A stretch of DNA of 64,000 nt, from assembly GCA_001783805.1 (NCBI GenBank), contig MFNS01000005.1, forward strand, positions 1,636 to 65,635. Reading direction: 5' to 3'. Source of the stretch: Candidatus Levybacteria bacterium RIFCSPHIGHO2_01_FULL_40_16. Its GTDB lineage: Bacteria > Patescibacteriota > Microgenomatia > Levybacterales > UBA12049. Below the pieces are notes generated by a model that saw only the letters and a list, made by a program, of their open reading frames with translations, was not told the origin of the DNA and did not search any database. The translations under genes were made by a program, and so were the position numbers. Below, piece after piece: positions 45,623 through 55,423 of the stretch (positions within the stretch are counted from its first letter, which is position 1; each line of letters begins with the position of its first letter).

Positions 45623-45892
45623 ATGGATTGGAAAACACATAGAGCAGAATTATTAAAAGATCCGAAAGTAAAAAAAACTTGGGAAGAAAATAGGCTGGAA
45701 TACGAAATTGCCAGAAGTATTATCCGCGCAAGAATAGGGCAGGATTTAACGCAGGAGCAATTGGCTCATAAGCTTAAAACCAGACAATCGGTTATCTCCA
45801 GAGTCGAAAATGCAAAAACAGTCCCCTCATTATCATTTCTAAAAAGGTTGGCAGCAGCGCTGAACACCTCACTCTCTGTCCAATTCCGCTAG
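45623..45892 (+). CDS. HTH XRE-family antitoxin (HigA-like), paralogue
   Basis: RIGQDLTQEQLAHKLKTRQSVISRVENAKTVPSLSFLKRLAAAL is a helix-turn-helix. Confidence 0.75.
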   Translation: MDWKTHRAELLKDPKVKKTWEENRLEYEIARSIIRARIGQDLTQEQLAHKLKTRQSVISRVENAKTVPSLSFLKRLAAALNTSLSVQFR

Positions 45893-45934
45893 CCATCCCT
45901 AAAATCTGATCTCGCAAGGCCTGGCCTTGCGAAG

Positions 45935-46324
45935 CTAAAAAGGCTCTTTTTGTTTGAAGCTTACGATAAATATTGTAAAGATGATTGCTTCCACGAGAAG
46001 GCAGTATTGGCAGAAGGCGTGTAGGACAAAGGCTTGAATGTACAGAAGGACAATTGAGACCGCAACTCCGGCTAAAGTGAGCCATTTAAAATATTTAATC
46101 CAGCCCAAAAGCAAAAGAAAAATAAGCACGAGGAAAAACAGGCTTCCGAAAAGAGAAATAGGAACACCGAAAATCGTGGCGAATTGACTTGTCAGGACTT
46201 TTTCGCAGCCATGGGTTATGCTACAGGGCGGAATAATGTTTTTGTAATGAACAATGGTTAAATAACTGCTGTCGAAAAATCCTGCAAGGGAGAGAATTAA
46301 GAGGACAATTTTTTTAAGAGTCAT
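45935..46324 (-). CDS. Vitamin K epoxide reductase (VKOR) family membrane protein
   Basis: Four TM helices with a loop Cys pair (PPCSITHGCEKV) and a TM CxxC (FCQYCLL), as in bacterial VKOR homologues. Confidence 0.7.
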   Translation of the reverse strand: MTLKKIVLLILSLAGFFDSSYLTIVHYKNIIPPCSITHGCEKVLTSQFATIFGVPISLFGSLFFLVLIFLLLLGWIKYFKWLTLAGVAVSIVLLYIQAFVLHAFCQYCLLVEAIIFTIFIVSFKQKEPF

Positions 46325-46362
46325 TTTTGTTAATCCGCCTTCGCTAGGGCTTCGGCAGGATT

Positions 46363-47013
46363 TCAGCGCGCTTCAATTTCATCTTGGATAACTTTTTTAA
46401 ACGCTTCGTAATCTGCCGGGCTTTGAATAAATTTTCCATTAATAAAAAAACTGGGAGTAAAATTAATTCCAATTGAGATTGCCTCATTTGCAGATTTGCT
46501 TATAAATTGTTTGGTCGAATTCGCATCTAAATCTTTGGCAAATTTATCCATACCCAGCTTTAAGTCCTTTGCGTAGCCAATAAATATGTCACGGGCCTCC
46601 CTATCAGACCAATCGTTTTGGTTTTCAAAAAGAAGATCGTGCATTTCCCAGAATTTACCCTGTAGACTTGCGGCATAAGCGGCTTGAGCTGAAAGCATGG
46701 CGTTTTGATGAATATTTGTTAAGGGGAAAAATCGATAAATCATCCTTAAATCCTTGTTAAAATCAGCTGAAAGCTTTGTTACCAAAGGAGCGTAGGTTTT
46801 GCATGCGGGACATTGAAAATCCGAATACTCAACCAAAGTCACGCGGGCGCTCGGACTTCCTATTGCGATATCCTGATTCGAAACCTCGGGAATTTTAATT
46901 GAGAGAGGAGTTGAAACTGATGGAGAGCTATTAACTGCGTTGATCAAAAGCCACATCCCACCGATCAAAACCGCAATTATTGCTGCCCAAATTCCCAATT
47001 CCTTAACTTTCAT
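46363..47013 (-). CDS. DsbA-family thiol:disulfide oxidoreductase (membrane-anchored)
   Basis: N-terminal TM and a thioredoxin-fold CxxC (YSDFQCPACKTYAP). Adjacent to VKOR. Confidence 0.85.
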   Translation of the reverse strand: MKVKELGIWAAIIAVLIGGMWLLINAVNSSPSVSTPLSIKIPEVSNQDIAIGSPSARVTLVEYSDFQCPACKTYAPLVTKLSADFNKDLRMIYRFFPLTNIHQNAMLSAQAAYAASLQGKFWEMHDLLFENQNDWSDREARDIFIGYAKDLKLGMDKFAKDLDANSTKQFISKSANEAISIGINFTPSFFINGKFIQSPADYEAFKKVIQDEIEAR

Positions 47014-47041
47014 ACGCTATATCTTAACACAAAACAATCAG

Positions 47042-47112
47042 TCGGGGTGCTGGGAATTGAACCCAGTCTATACGCACCCGAAGCGTACGTACTACCGTCA
47101 TACTCCACCCCG
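47042..47112 (-). tRNA. tRNA-Pro (anticodon CGG)
   Basis: The reverse complement folds as a cloverleaf: acceptor CGGGGTG/CACCCCG, anticodon stem TACGC/GCGTA with loop TTCGGGT, T-arm CTGGGTTCAATTCCCAG. Confidence 0.75.
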
Positions 47113-47116
47113 ATTG

Positions 47117-47191
47117 TGTCCCTGGGGGGAATCGAACCTCCGACAACCCCCTTAGGACGGGGGTGCTCTAATCCAACTGAGCTACAGGGAC
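47117..47191 (-). tRNA. tRNA-Arg (anticodon CCT)
   Basis: Reverse complement GTCCCTGTAGCTCAGTTGGATTAGAGCACCCCCGTCCTAAGGGGG...: D-arm GCTC/GAGC, anticodon loop GTCCTAA. The T-stem has one A.C mismatch. Confidence 0.7.
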
Positions 47192-47255
47192 TTTTCGGCA
47201 AGCTCAAGGCAAGCCTTGTTTGTATTTTAGCACAAAAAAACTTAAAATAGGTTAA

Positions 47256-47951
47256 ATGACAACTAAGGAAAAAATACGGTTTTTGGTTATCCGCAGTGTT
47301 GGAAATTTTTTGGTGCTTTTTGCCATCTTCGGAGTTCTGGCAACTTTTGGTCCTGCTTTATATTACGAAGCTCAATACCGGATTATTCAAATTAGAGGAA
47401 TCCACTTTTCTGTCGGCAGTACTCAAACTTCAATAAAAAATCAAACACAAATTACCAAACCATCGATGAGTTTTGCAGATGTTCTGTCGGGTCCCAAAGA
47501 ACAAATTCTGACACCAATTGATCCGGTGTTTAATATTTTGATACCCAAAATTGGGGCAAATGCGAGAGTTTTTCCCAATGTCGACCCGTCCAGACCGGAT
47601 CTTTTTTTGCCAGTTTTGCAGCAGGGAGTCGCGCATGCTGCCGGGACATTTTTCCCCGGACAACCGGGAAACATTTATTTATTTGCGCACTCAACTGACA
47701 ATTTTTGGAATGTCGGAAGATATAATGCAGTGTTTTATTTACTGAAAGATTTGAAGCCGGGGGATGACGTGGTGATTTTCTCTCAGAACGTCAGATATAA
47801 TTACAAAGTCACGAAAGTAGAAATTGTCGGACCTTCGGAAGGTTCATTTATAACGCGTGCGCAGACCGGAAAAGAACTTTTAATCTTGCAAACCTGCTGG
47901 CCCCCGGGCACCACCTGGCAACGCTTGTTAGTATTCGCAGAACCTAAGTAG
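47256..47951 (+). CDS. Sortase (transpeptidase)
   Basis: N-terminal TM, a catalytic His region (LFAHSTDNF), the active-site TLxTC-type motif (LILQTCWPPG), and a conserved Arg downstream. Confidence 0.8.
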   Translation: MTTKEKIRFLVIRSVGNFLVLFAIFGVLATFGPALYYEAQYRIIQIRGIHFSVGSTQTSIKNQTQITKPSMSFADVLSGPKEQILTPIDPVFNILIPKIGANARVFPNVDPSRPDLFLPVLQQGVAHAAGTFFPGQPGNIYLFAHSTDNFWNVGRYNAVFYLLKDLKPGDDVVIFSQNVRYNYKVTKVEIVGPSEGSFITRAQTGKELLILQTCWPPGTTWQRLLVFAEPK

Positions 47952-48051
47952 TACAACCTCAAAAATCAAATATCAAAGATCAAAAACAAGTTAAAAGTTT
48001 AAAACTTTAAGCTTTGAATTAAGCTTTGAAGTTTGATTTCTAAACTTTGAG

Positions 48052-49242
48052 CTATTTCAACCCAATGGTGTACAGGTTGGGGGAGATGGCGGGGTTGCCA
48101 AGGTCAGTTAGTATCAAAATCTTTGATCCATCAGGCCAGGCAAAAGCATAGCCATCAATAAATGGCCCCGCGTAAATAGTAGTTTTGTTTTGTCCATCAT
48201 AGTCCATGATTTGAATTTTTTGGTCGGCGATATAGGTCAAATGTTTTGAGTCGGTGAACCAATTTAAGGGGTAGGCATCGGAGTCCAGAATCTTAAAATT
48301 TTTATCTTCCCGGATATCATAAACATAGACCGCTCCAATACTAATTTCTCGTGTTTCGGGCGTTGAATTCGTGCCTATTAACGGAGGATCAATGATTAAA
48401 GGCAAAGTAGCCGATCGACTGGCTATATAAAGAATTTTTGTTTCGTCTTCAGACCAAGATAAGATTGTAAAATCGTCTTTAATTAAATTTTGCAATTTTG
48501 TTTTTAATCCCAACAGTTGGGATTTGTCCTGATTTGCCCTTTGCTCGGTCCAGGTTGAATTAAGAGTGGCTAAGGTTGCCGTAACGTCTTGTGGATTTTC
48601 ATTGAAGGTAGTTTTTAAAAGATAAGTTGTAAAAGCGGGTCCTGCCGAGATTGTTGCAACCAGCTCTTTGGCATCAGGGGACCAGGAAAGTTGAGCTGTC
48701 GAAAAGTTATCAATCGTATCGTCCGCGATCTGCGTTGATGAGCTTTGCAAAGTTAGAATTGGGCGCAGTCCCATATCCAAAATGTAAATTCCATTTTTGC
48801 GGGGATTATCCAAAGAGGATACGGTATAGGCTATTTTGGTGCGGGTTGGATCCAAAACCGGATTGCTTACCCCTGCCTGGGTAACATTGTCAAGTTTTGG
48901 AGCAGTCGGAATTAAAAGCCCATAAGCACTTGACACAACTTCCTTTTCAATTTTTATTTTTTTCTGCCATAGTGAATAGCCCGATTTGGAAATCTTTACA
49001 TCATATTCGCCGGGGGGTAAACTAATTGTATTGTTGGTAGCGGATGTCAAATGGTCGTTGATATATATTCCGGCACCATCAGGCTGACTTGTAGCCACAA
49101 GCAATCCTGTTCCGGAAATTCCTATTTTACCGTCGCCAAAATTGAAATTATAGCCTCTGCCATACAAAATAACGGCTGTTGTCGCGACAATCAGAAACAC
49201 AACCGTAGCAGCATAAAAAACGAGCTTTCTCATCAAAGACAT
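48052..49242 (-). CDS. Membrane-anchored PEGA-domain protein with a TolB-like beta-propeller
   Basis: N-terminal TM, a PEGA-like segment (GIYINDHLTSATNNTISLPPGEYDVKISKSGYSLWQKKIKI), and a C-terminal WD40/TolB-like repeat composition. Confidence 0.55.
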   Translation of the reverse strand: MSLMRKLVFYAATVVFLIVATTAVILYGRGYNFNFGDGKIGISGTGLLVATSQPDGAGIYINDHLTSATNNTISLPPGEYDVKISKSGYSLWQKKIKIEKEVVSSAYGLLIPTAPKLDNVTQAGVSNPVLDPTRTKIAYTVSSLDNPRKNGIYILDMGLRPILTLQSSSTQIADDTIDNFSTAQLSWSPDAKELVATISAGPAFTTYLLKTTFNENPQDVTATLATLNSTWTEQRANQDKSQLLGLKTKLQNLIKDDFTILSWSEDETKILYIASRSATLPLIIDPPLIGTNSTPETREISIGAVYVYDIREDKNFKILDSDAYPLNWFTDSKHLTYIADQKIQIMDYDGQNKTTIYAGPFIDGYAFAWPDGSKILILTDLGNPAISPNLYTIGLK

Positions 49243-49486
49243 TATATATCAAAAGCTTCTAAAAACAAAGCCATTTTGTACTCTTGCATTGTTGAAGAAA
49301 TAGAGTATATAATGACTCTACTCGCTAAGGCTTGCGGTTTTTTTGACATAGTTTGTAGATAGATTGATATGGTTATAAAGCTCAAAACGCAAAGCTCAAA
49401 GTTCAAAATTTAAGCGCAAAGTTAAAAGCTTTTAAGTTTGAGATGCAGATTTGAGTTTTGACATTTGAGTTTTGAGTTTTTAAATT

Positions 49487-50509
49487 ATGTTTTCATTCTC
49501 AGGTAAGCGAATTGGGATTGACCTTGGTACCGCTAATACGTTGGTTTATTTGGTGGGACAGGGAATAGTTCTCAATGAGCCCACAGTCGTGGCCGTAACT
49601 GCCGAAGAAAATAGGGTAGTTGCGGTAGGACGCGAAGCAAGGGAAATGTTAGGCAGAACTCCGGGAAATATAGTAGCGCTTAGACCTCTTAGGGATGGAG
49701 TTATCGCAGATTATACGATAACAGAGGCAATGCTTTCTTATTTTATAGATAAGGCAGCAGGAAAATCCCGATTCTTCAAACCGGAAGTAATGGTTTGTAT
49801 CCCATCAGGTGTAACTCAAGTTGAAAGACGCGCGGTTTTAGACGCGACCATGGCAGCCGGGGCAAAAATTGCTTATCTAATCGAAGAGCCCTTAGCTGCG
49901 GCAATCGGAGCAAAAATCCCTATCGCTCAGGCTGCGGGACACATGATTATTGATACCGGCGGAGGGTCAACCGAGTGCGCGGTTATTTCTCTAGGTGGTG
50001 TTGTGGTCCACAATTCGGTTCGCGTTGCGGGCAATAAAGTTGATGAGGCAATAGCAAATTACACTAGGAAAAAATTTAATCTTCTGGTTGGAGAACGGAC
50101 GGCAGAAGAAATAAAAATTACAATCGGAAATGCTTTTATTGAAGAAGAAGCTCGCGAGCTGGCAAAAATGGAAATAAGAGGCCGCGACACAATCACGGGT
50201 TTGCCAAGGACGATCGAACTGACGGAAGCGCAGATAAACGAAGCTATTCATCCTGTTCTGCTGCACATTGTGGGCGCAGTCAAGAGCGTCCTGGAGCAAA
50301 CCCCGCCCGAATTGGCGGCAGACATCATTGATAAAGGTGTCGTGATGAGTGGGGGAACATCACTGATTAAAAATTTTGACAAGCTAATGACGAAGCTAAC
50401 CGGCGTACCCTGTCATGTTGCCGAGGATGCTCTTTTATGTGTTGCCAAGGGAACAGGAGTAGCGCTGGAGAATATTGAACTTTATAAAAGAAGTATTTCC
50501 AAGAAATAA
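49487..50509 (+). CDS. mreB: Rod-shape-determining protein MreB
   Basis: GIDLGTANTLVY phosphate-1 motif and actin-fold motifs throughout. Confidence 0.95.
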   Translation: MFSFSGKRIGIDLGTANTLVYLVGQGIVLNEPTVVAVTAEENRVVAVGREAREMLGRTPGNIVALRPLRDGVIADYTITEAMLSYFIDKAAGKSRFFKPEVMVCIPSGVTQVERRAVLDATMAAGAKIAYLIEEPLAAAIGAKIPIAQAAGHMIIDTGGGSTECAVISLGGVVVHNSVRVAGNKVDEAIANYTRKKFNLLVGERTAEEIKITIGNAFIEEEARELAKMEIRGRDTITGLPRTIELTEAQINEAIHPVLLHIVGAVKSVLEQTPPELAADIIDKGVVMSGGTSLIKNFDKLMTKLTGVPCHVAEDALLCVAKGTGVALENIELYKRSISKK

Positions 50510-50880
50510 ATTCTAAATACAAAATTACAAGTTCCAAATAATATCAAAATCACAATCATCAAAATTCAAAACGATTTGGAGCTTAGAATTTGGAAATTTG
50601 AATTTATTTGGGATTTGAGATTTTGAAGTTGTAATTTAAATAATTTAGGCTTATAATATTTCATGCTGACGTTTTCAGGGTTGTGAAAATTTTCAAAAGT
50701 CAAGACTTTTCACGGGACAATAGAATTATAGTATTTTGCAAAGTAAGACAATTAGAACCAATGGTTTTATGACCACGGAAGCACGAAGTTTGGAAGCAAA
50801 AAATGAGTATATTAAGTATTCAAAATGACTATTAATGCAAATATCTGGAGAAGTGCGATAAAACTTATAGTAGTAAAATT

Positions 50881-51822
50881 ATGATAGGTAAGAAAAATAT
50901 ACTTGGCGTCGGCATAACAGATGCTACCAAAGAAGAAATCCTAGAGTATATTGTCAAAAATCTTGAAAATTTCCATAAAAAGCTCTATTTTGTGACCCCA
51001 AACCCGGAATTTCTAGTCCTTGCAAGTAAAAATCCTGCCTTCAAAAACATCCTAAATAAAGCTGATTTAGCCTCGGCTGACGGCATTGGGGTAATAATTG
51101 CCGCTAAAATCTTGGGTAAGCCACTGAAAGAGCGTTTTGCCGGTGTAGATCTTGTGAAAAGCCTCTGTGAAAGGATAGCAGAAAAGCCTATAACAGTGGG
51201 CTTTCTGGGAGGGAGGAGTGGAGTAGCAAAGAAGACTGCCGAGTGCTTACTAAAAATGCATCCAAAATTGAAAGTTACTTTTGCCGGGGAAGAATGGCCA
51301 AAGAACGTTAAGGCTCGGCAACCACGCGTTTCAGATGACGCTCAGCCTGGTTTTCGGGGTCCTGTCAAAAGTAATCCTTCCGCCCACCTTCGTCAAGACT
51401 ACGGCGGGCAAGCCAGTGCAAGCGCTGCTTTACCCCTCGAAGCTTTTAAGCGAAGTGGGGTCGGAAGCCCTTCCTCTTTTGCCACCCCTCAAGATGCAAG
51501 TTTTAATAATTTAACAATAGAACAATTTAACAATAGAACAATTGATATCCTGTTCGTTGCTTTTGGTGCGCCCAAACAGGAATTTTGGATTAATGAAAAT
51601 CTTAATAAAATTCCTGTAAAAATTGCCATCGGAGTTGGCGGTGCATTTGATTATCTTAGCGGAAAAATACCAAGAGCACCGGGTTTCGTCAGAAATGTCG
51701 GACTGGAATGGTTGTTCCGTTTACTAGTCCAACCCTGGCGTCTCAAACGCCAACTTGCGCTGATAGAGTTTATCTGGTTAGTTATTAAAGAAAAATTAAG
51801 TAAATCCCATAGCACGACTTAA
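50881..51822 (+). CDS. WecB/TagA/CpsF-family glycosyltransferase (GT26) with a ~75-aa internal insertion
   Basis: N-terminal ILGVGITDATKEEILEYIV...VTPNPEF and C-terminal FVAFGAPKQEFWI...LEWLFRL are the conserved TagA blocks. The GC-rich insertion between them contains a 16-mer tandem repeat (TTAACAATAGAACAAT x2). Confidence 0.8.
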   Translation: MIGKKNILGVGITDATKEEILEYIVKNLENFHKKLYFVTPNPEFLVLASKNPAFKNILNKADLASADGIGVIIAAKILGKPLKERFAGVDLVKSLCERIAEKPITVGFLGGRSGVAKKTAECLLKMHPKLKVTFAGEEWPKNVKARQPRVSDDAQPGFRGPVKSNPSAHLRQDYGGQASASAALPLEAFKRSGVGSPSSFATPQDASFNNLTIEQFNNRTIDILFVAFGAPKQEFWINENLNKIPVKIAIGVGGAFDYLSGKIPRAPGFVRNVGLEWLFRLLVQPWRLKRQLALIEFIWLVIKEKLSKSHSTT

Positions 51823-51995
51823 TGATTGTGATATTGAAAAAGTGGTATGACGTGAAATAAAATCCGATAGGTTTCGTAATCTTTAGATATATTGTGATAC
51901 TAAATGCAATATTGTTAAAATCAAATTTTTTCCTGCAATTTTCAAGATAATAATTCCCAATTTTGACTTAATGCGAATTATGTTATAATGCTGAA

Positions 51996-53261
51996 ATGAG
52001 AATAATGTTTCTTTACATGTTTCCTTTGTGGGGAAACGGAAGCGGGGCTTATCTTAGGGCACTGGCTCTAAAACTGGCCAAAAAAGGACACAATATTGCC
52101 ATTGTTGCTCCGGATAAAAGAACGCTTCCCGGAATAAAACATTATGTCGTAAATCCGCCCCAAATAGGTGTATTTGTCGGCCATCCGGAATTACCTAAAT
52201 CTAAAAAATTTGCAGACATGAACGGAAAAGAACTGGGCGCAATTTACACAAGTTATCTGAAGACAACCATAGATGCCGTAGCTGATTTTAATCCCGAAAT
52301 TATCCATGTTTTCCATACCGCATTCTTGCCCGGAATTGCCCGCGTGATTAAAATTTTATTTGGAATAAAGTTTATTATTACAACCCATGGAAGCGACTTA
52401 AATTATCTGGTAAAAGACAGAAGATTTATAGGACTTATAAATGATGCGAACAAAGTCGCCAGATTCATTACCGCCAATAGTGAATTCACCAAAAAGTGGT
52501 ATTTGGATATGTTTGGGCAATACTTAAGACATAAAAGTACTGTAATCATGGGCGGAGTAAATCTTGAGGACTTCAGGAAAGAACCTAAATACATAGACAT
52601 TATCAATGAAAAATATAATCTCTCCGGCAAAAAAGTAGTTTTATTTACCGGAAGATTGACTAAGCACAAAGGAGTAAATTATCTTGTAAAGGCGGCACCT
52701 TTTATTAAGGGAAATGTAGTGATCGCCGGTGATGGGCCGGAAAGAAAAAATATTGAAGAGCAAATTAAGAAAAACAAAGTAAAAAATATTGTGATGGCAG
52801 GATATATCACTACTGAAAATCAAAAGCTTTTCCATGCATTCTACGAAAGAGCGGACGTCTATATCGCGCCGAGCGTTTGGAGCGAGCCCTTGGGATTAAC
52901 AATACTTGAAGCTATGGCAGCGCATAAACCTGTAATTGCCACCAAAAAAGGCGGAATACTCTCAATAATAAAAGATAAGGAGAATGGTTTTCTAATAAAC
53001 TCAAGAAATTCTCAACAAATAGTCGAGGTTGTGAATATGCTTTTAGACGATGACGAATTGAGGAGAAAAATAGGAGACAACGCATATAAATCAATAGTGG
53101 AAAACTTTACTTGGGATAAGATAGCCAGTCAGTTCGAAAATATCTATAAAAAATTTAAATATTCTACCTCGGAGTATGTGGCAAGAGTTAAAGGTATGAA
53201 TCCTGAGCTTTCTAATTTTATAAAATCAATTAAAAAACTTGGGATACCGATAGGAATTTAA
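51996..53261 (+). CDS. GT4-family glycosyltransferase (glycosyl transferase group 1)
   Basis: The C-terminal EX7E-type motif ...SVWSEPLGLTILEAMAAHKPVIATKKGGI is present. Confidence 0.85.
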   Translation: MRIMFLYMFPLWGNGSGAYLRALALKLAKKGHNIAIVAPDKRTLPGIKHYVVNPPQIGVFVGHPELPKSKKFADMNGKELGAIYTSYLKTTIDAVADFNPEIIHVFHTAFLPGIARVIKILFGIKFIITTHGSDLNYLVKDRRFIGLINDANKVARFITANSEFTKKWYLDMFGQYLRHKSTVIMGGVNLEDFRKEPKYIDIINEKYNLSGKKVVLFTGRLTKHKGVNYLVKAAPFIKGNVVIAGDGPERKNIEEQIKKNKVKNIVMAGYITTENQKLFHAFYERADVYIAPSVWSEPLGLTILEAMAAHKPVIATKKGGILSIIKDKENGFLINSRNSQQIVEVVNMLLDDDELRRKIGDNAYKSIVENFTWDKIASQFENIYKKFKYSTSEYVARVKGMNPELSNFIKSIKKLGIPIGI

Positions 53262-53267
53262 CTCATT

Positions 53268-54410
53268 ATGGCCAAATTAAAAATTGCCCTTTTGGCTCCG
53301 TTGAAAAGGCCGATAAATCCCCAGACGACTGTCAGCAGGAATAGAATTGTTGCCGATTTGGCGCTCGGACTGACACAGAAAGACCATAGCGTAACAATTT
53401 TTGGCACAGCTGATTCATATTTACCCGGAGTTGAAATAATAGGAGTTGTTAATAAGGGTTTGGTAGAGCTTCCGCCAACAGAAAATCCGTTTTATACGGA
53501 CACGGCTTATATTACTCACGATATTATGCAGGTTTTGACAGTACAAGATAAGTTTGATGTGATTCATAATCACATGTATCCGGAATTTTTACCTCTGATT
53601 GCGCAAAAACTATTTAGAAAGCCTCTGATTACAACTGTACATTCGCAGGCAACGAAAGAACTTGCAATGGCGATTTCCGATACAAAGGGGACAAGCCGGC
53701 TGATATCTATTTCGGAAAGCGCAAAAAAAGCGCTCGGTCTGGAAGCAGCTGTAATTTACAACGGTATTGACACAAATTTATACGTTCCGAATGAAGCGTC
53801 TGCAAAAACCTATTTATTCTTTATCGGCAGGATGAGTAAAGCCAAAGCAAACGGAAAATTCCTTGATCCTAAAGGCGCAGGCAATGCTTTGGAAGTTGCC
53901 AAGGCAATGGGTGAAGATCTTAAAATTGTCGGAAATGTTGAAGATAGAAAATTTTATGATGAAATTATCGCCCCAAATTTATCGGACAAAATTCAATTTG
54001 TCGGAGATGTATCAAGTGAACAAACGTTAAGCAGGGAACAGATGATAAGCCTTCATCAAAATGCGAAAGCCTTTCTTTTTCCAATAAATTGGGAAGAGCC
54101 ATTTGGTCTGGTAATGACAGAGGCAATGGCCTGCGGAACTCCGGTTATTGCCTACAATCGAGGAAGCGTTTCTGAGTTGGTGCGAGATGGTCTTACCGGG
54201 TTTGTTATAGAGCCGGAAGAATCTGAAAGCGAATCAAGATTTGTGATTAAGAAAAAAGGGATGGAAGGCTTAATCGAAGCGGTTAAAAGAATAGGGGAGA
54301 TAGACAGAAAAGCTTGCCGGGAGCACGTTTTGCAAAAATTCAGCATGGAAAAAATGGTTGATAATTACGAAAAACTCTATTACGAGATAATAGATAATAA
54401 GAATGAGTGA
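53268..54410 (+). CDS. GT4-family glycosyltransferase
   Basis: ...INWEEPFGLVMTEAMACGTPVIAYNRGSVSELV motif. Confidence 0.85.
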   Translation: MAKLKIALLAPLKRPINPQTTVSRNRIVADLALGLTQKDHSVTIFGTADSYLPGVEIIGVVNKGLVELPPTENPFYTDTAYITHDIMQVLTVQDKFDVIHNHMYPEFLPLIAQKLFRKPLITTVHSQATKELAMAISDTKGTSRLISISESAKKALGLEAAVIYNGIDTNLYVPNEASAKTYLFFIGRMSKAKANGKFLDPKGAGNALEVAKAMGEDLKIVGNVEDRKFYDEIIAPNLSDKIQFVGDVSSEQTLSREQMISLHQNAKAFLFPINWEEPFGLVMTEAMACGTPVIAYNRGSVSELVRDGLTGFVIEPEESESESRFVIKKKGMEGLIEAVKRIGEIDRKACREHVLQKFSMEKMVDNYEKLYYEIIDNKNE

Positions 54411-55266
54411 AGCAGGAGATTCTTTAGAAATTAGACCTGAGTCAAAACAAACGACAGGATCCGCAGATACGCCAAAAACTGCAGAAATTCAAAAAACTTC
54501 TTTAGACGCGATTCTCGTTTTTGGCCAGGGACCGGTAATTGAAAAAGACACAAGACTGAAAGCAGGGGAAACTCCTAAGGGAAAAGGATCAGAAGATATA
54601 AATTTCTGGGGAAAGACCTTGGCGGAGGCGGCAGCTCAGCTTTACAAGCGGGGACAAACAAGAGAGATTATTATAATGGGTGGGAGGACAGGCGGAGCAG
54701 AATACGATTCGGAGGCGGATTTGATTGCACAGGCGCTTGTTGCTCATGGCGTTCCGGCGCATGCAATTAAGAAAGAAGACATGTCCACAAATACCTTGGA
54801 GAATCTCGTTAATGTTCTTAATGAACAGCTTGATAAACAGCCACGTTATAATAATCTTGGAATTTTGACAGCTAACTATCATCTTCCCCGAACGCAAATG
54901 CTCATGGAGCTGTTTGATATTCCTTATAAGTCAGCTTTTTCCGCAGAAGAAGTCTTAAGATATGTGGCACGTGAAAGGGAGAATTGGGATAATGACAAAC
55001 TATTAGAGATTGAGAGAAGATTAAATATGGGAGAAGCTTCTAAAGCTCCCGCTTCCTCTAAGGATAAGGTGGATACTTTTTATCAGGAAAAACAGGGCAC
55101 GGAAAAAAAGAATATCGTAAGGCGTGGGCAGGAAGAGGATGTTTGGAGCAAGGCACTTCTGGACATGCCGGAATATTGGATAAGCTATGTAGGGCGTCTT
55201 CAGAGCGGAGAGGATAAGGCGGATTTTGGCTGTTCAAGATCAGAAAATGCTTGCAGAAAAGTTTGA
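54403..55266 (+). CDS. DUF218 (YdcF/ElyC-like) domain protein
   Basis: AILVFGQGPV...IIIMGGRTGGAEYDSEADLIAQAL...STNTLENL matches the DUF218 pattern. It overlaps the upstream GT4 by 8 nt. Confidence 0.65.
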   Translation: MSEAGDSLEIRPESKQTTGSADTPKTAEIQKTSLDAILVFGQGPVIEKDTRLKAGETPKGKGSEDINFWGKTLAEAAAQLYKRGQTREIIIMGGRTGGAEYDSEADLIAQALVAHGVPAHAIKKEDMSTNTLENLVNVLNEQLDKQPRYNNLGILTANYHLPRTQMLMELFDIPYKSAFSAEEVLRYVARERENWDNDKLLEIERRLNMGEASKAPASSKDKVDTFYQEKQGTEKKNIVRRGQEEDVWSKALLDMPEYWISYVGRLQSGEDKADFGCSRSENACRKV

Positions 55267-55423
55267 TATTGATTTGACGGTTGATGTGGATGAAGTTATT
55301 AAGCAAAAATTATTGTTAATTACAAGGACACTGCCTGATCTCGAAAAAGAGATTGGGAAAGATTGGTCACCCGAAGTAAAGGCAAAACTTGATAAGATTA
55401 TAGAACAAAGGCAAAAATAAATT

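Noticed and set aside
47010-47250. Two small ORFs (47010..47207 minus, 47047..47250 plus)
   Set aside because: They cover the tRNA-Pro and tRNA-Arg genes and are artefactual.
55226-55420. 64-aa ORF between the DUF218 gene and glgA
   Set aside because: It overlaps the 3' end of 54403..55266 in another frame and has no recognisable features. It could be real, but nothing in the sequence supports a call.
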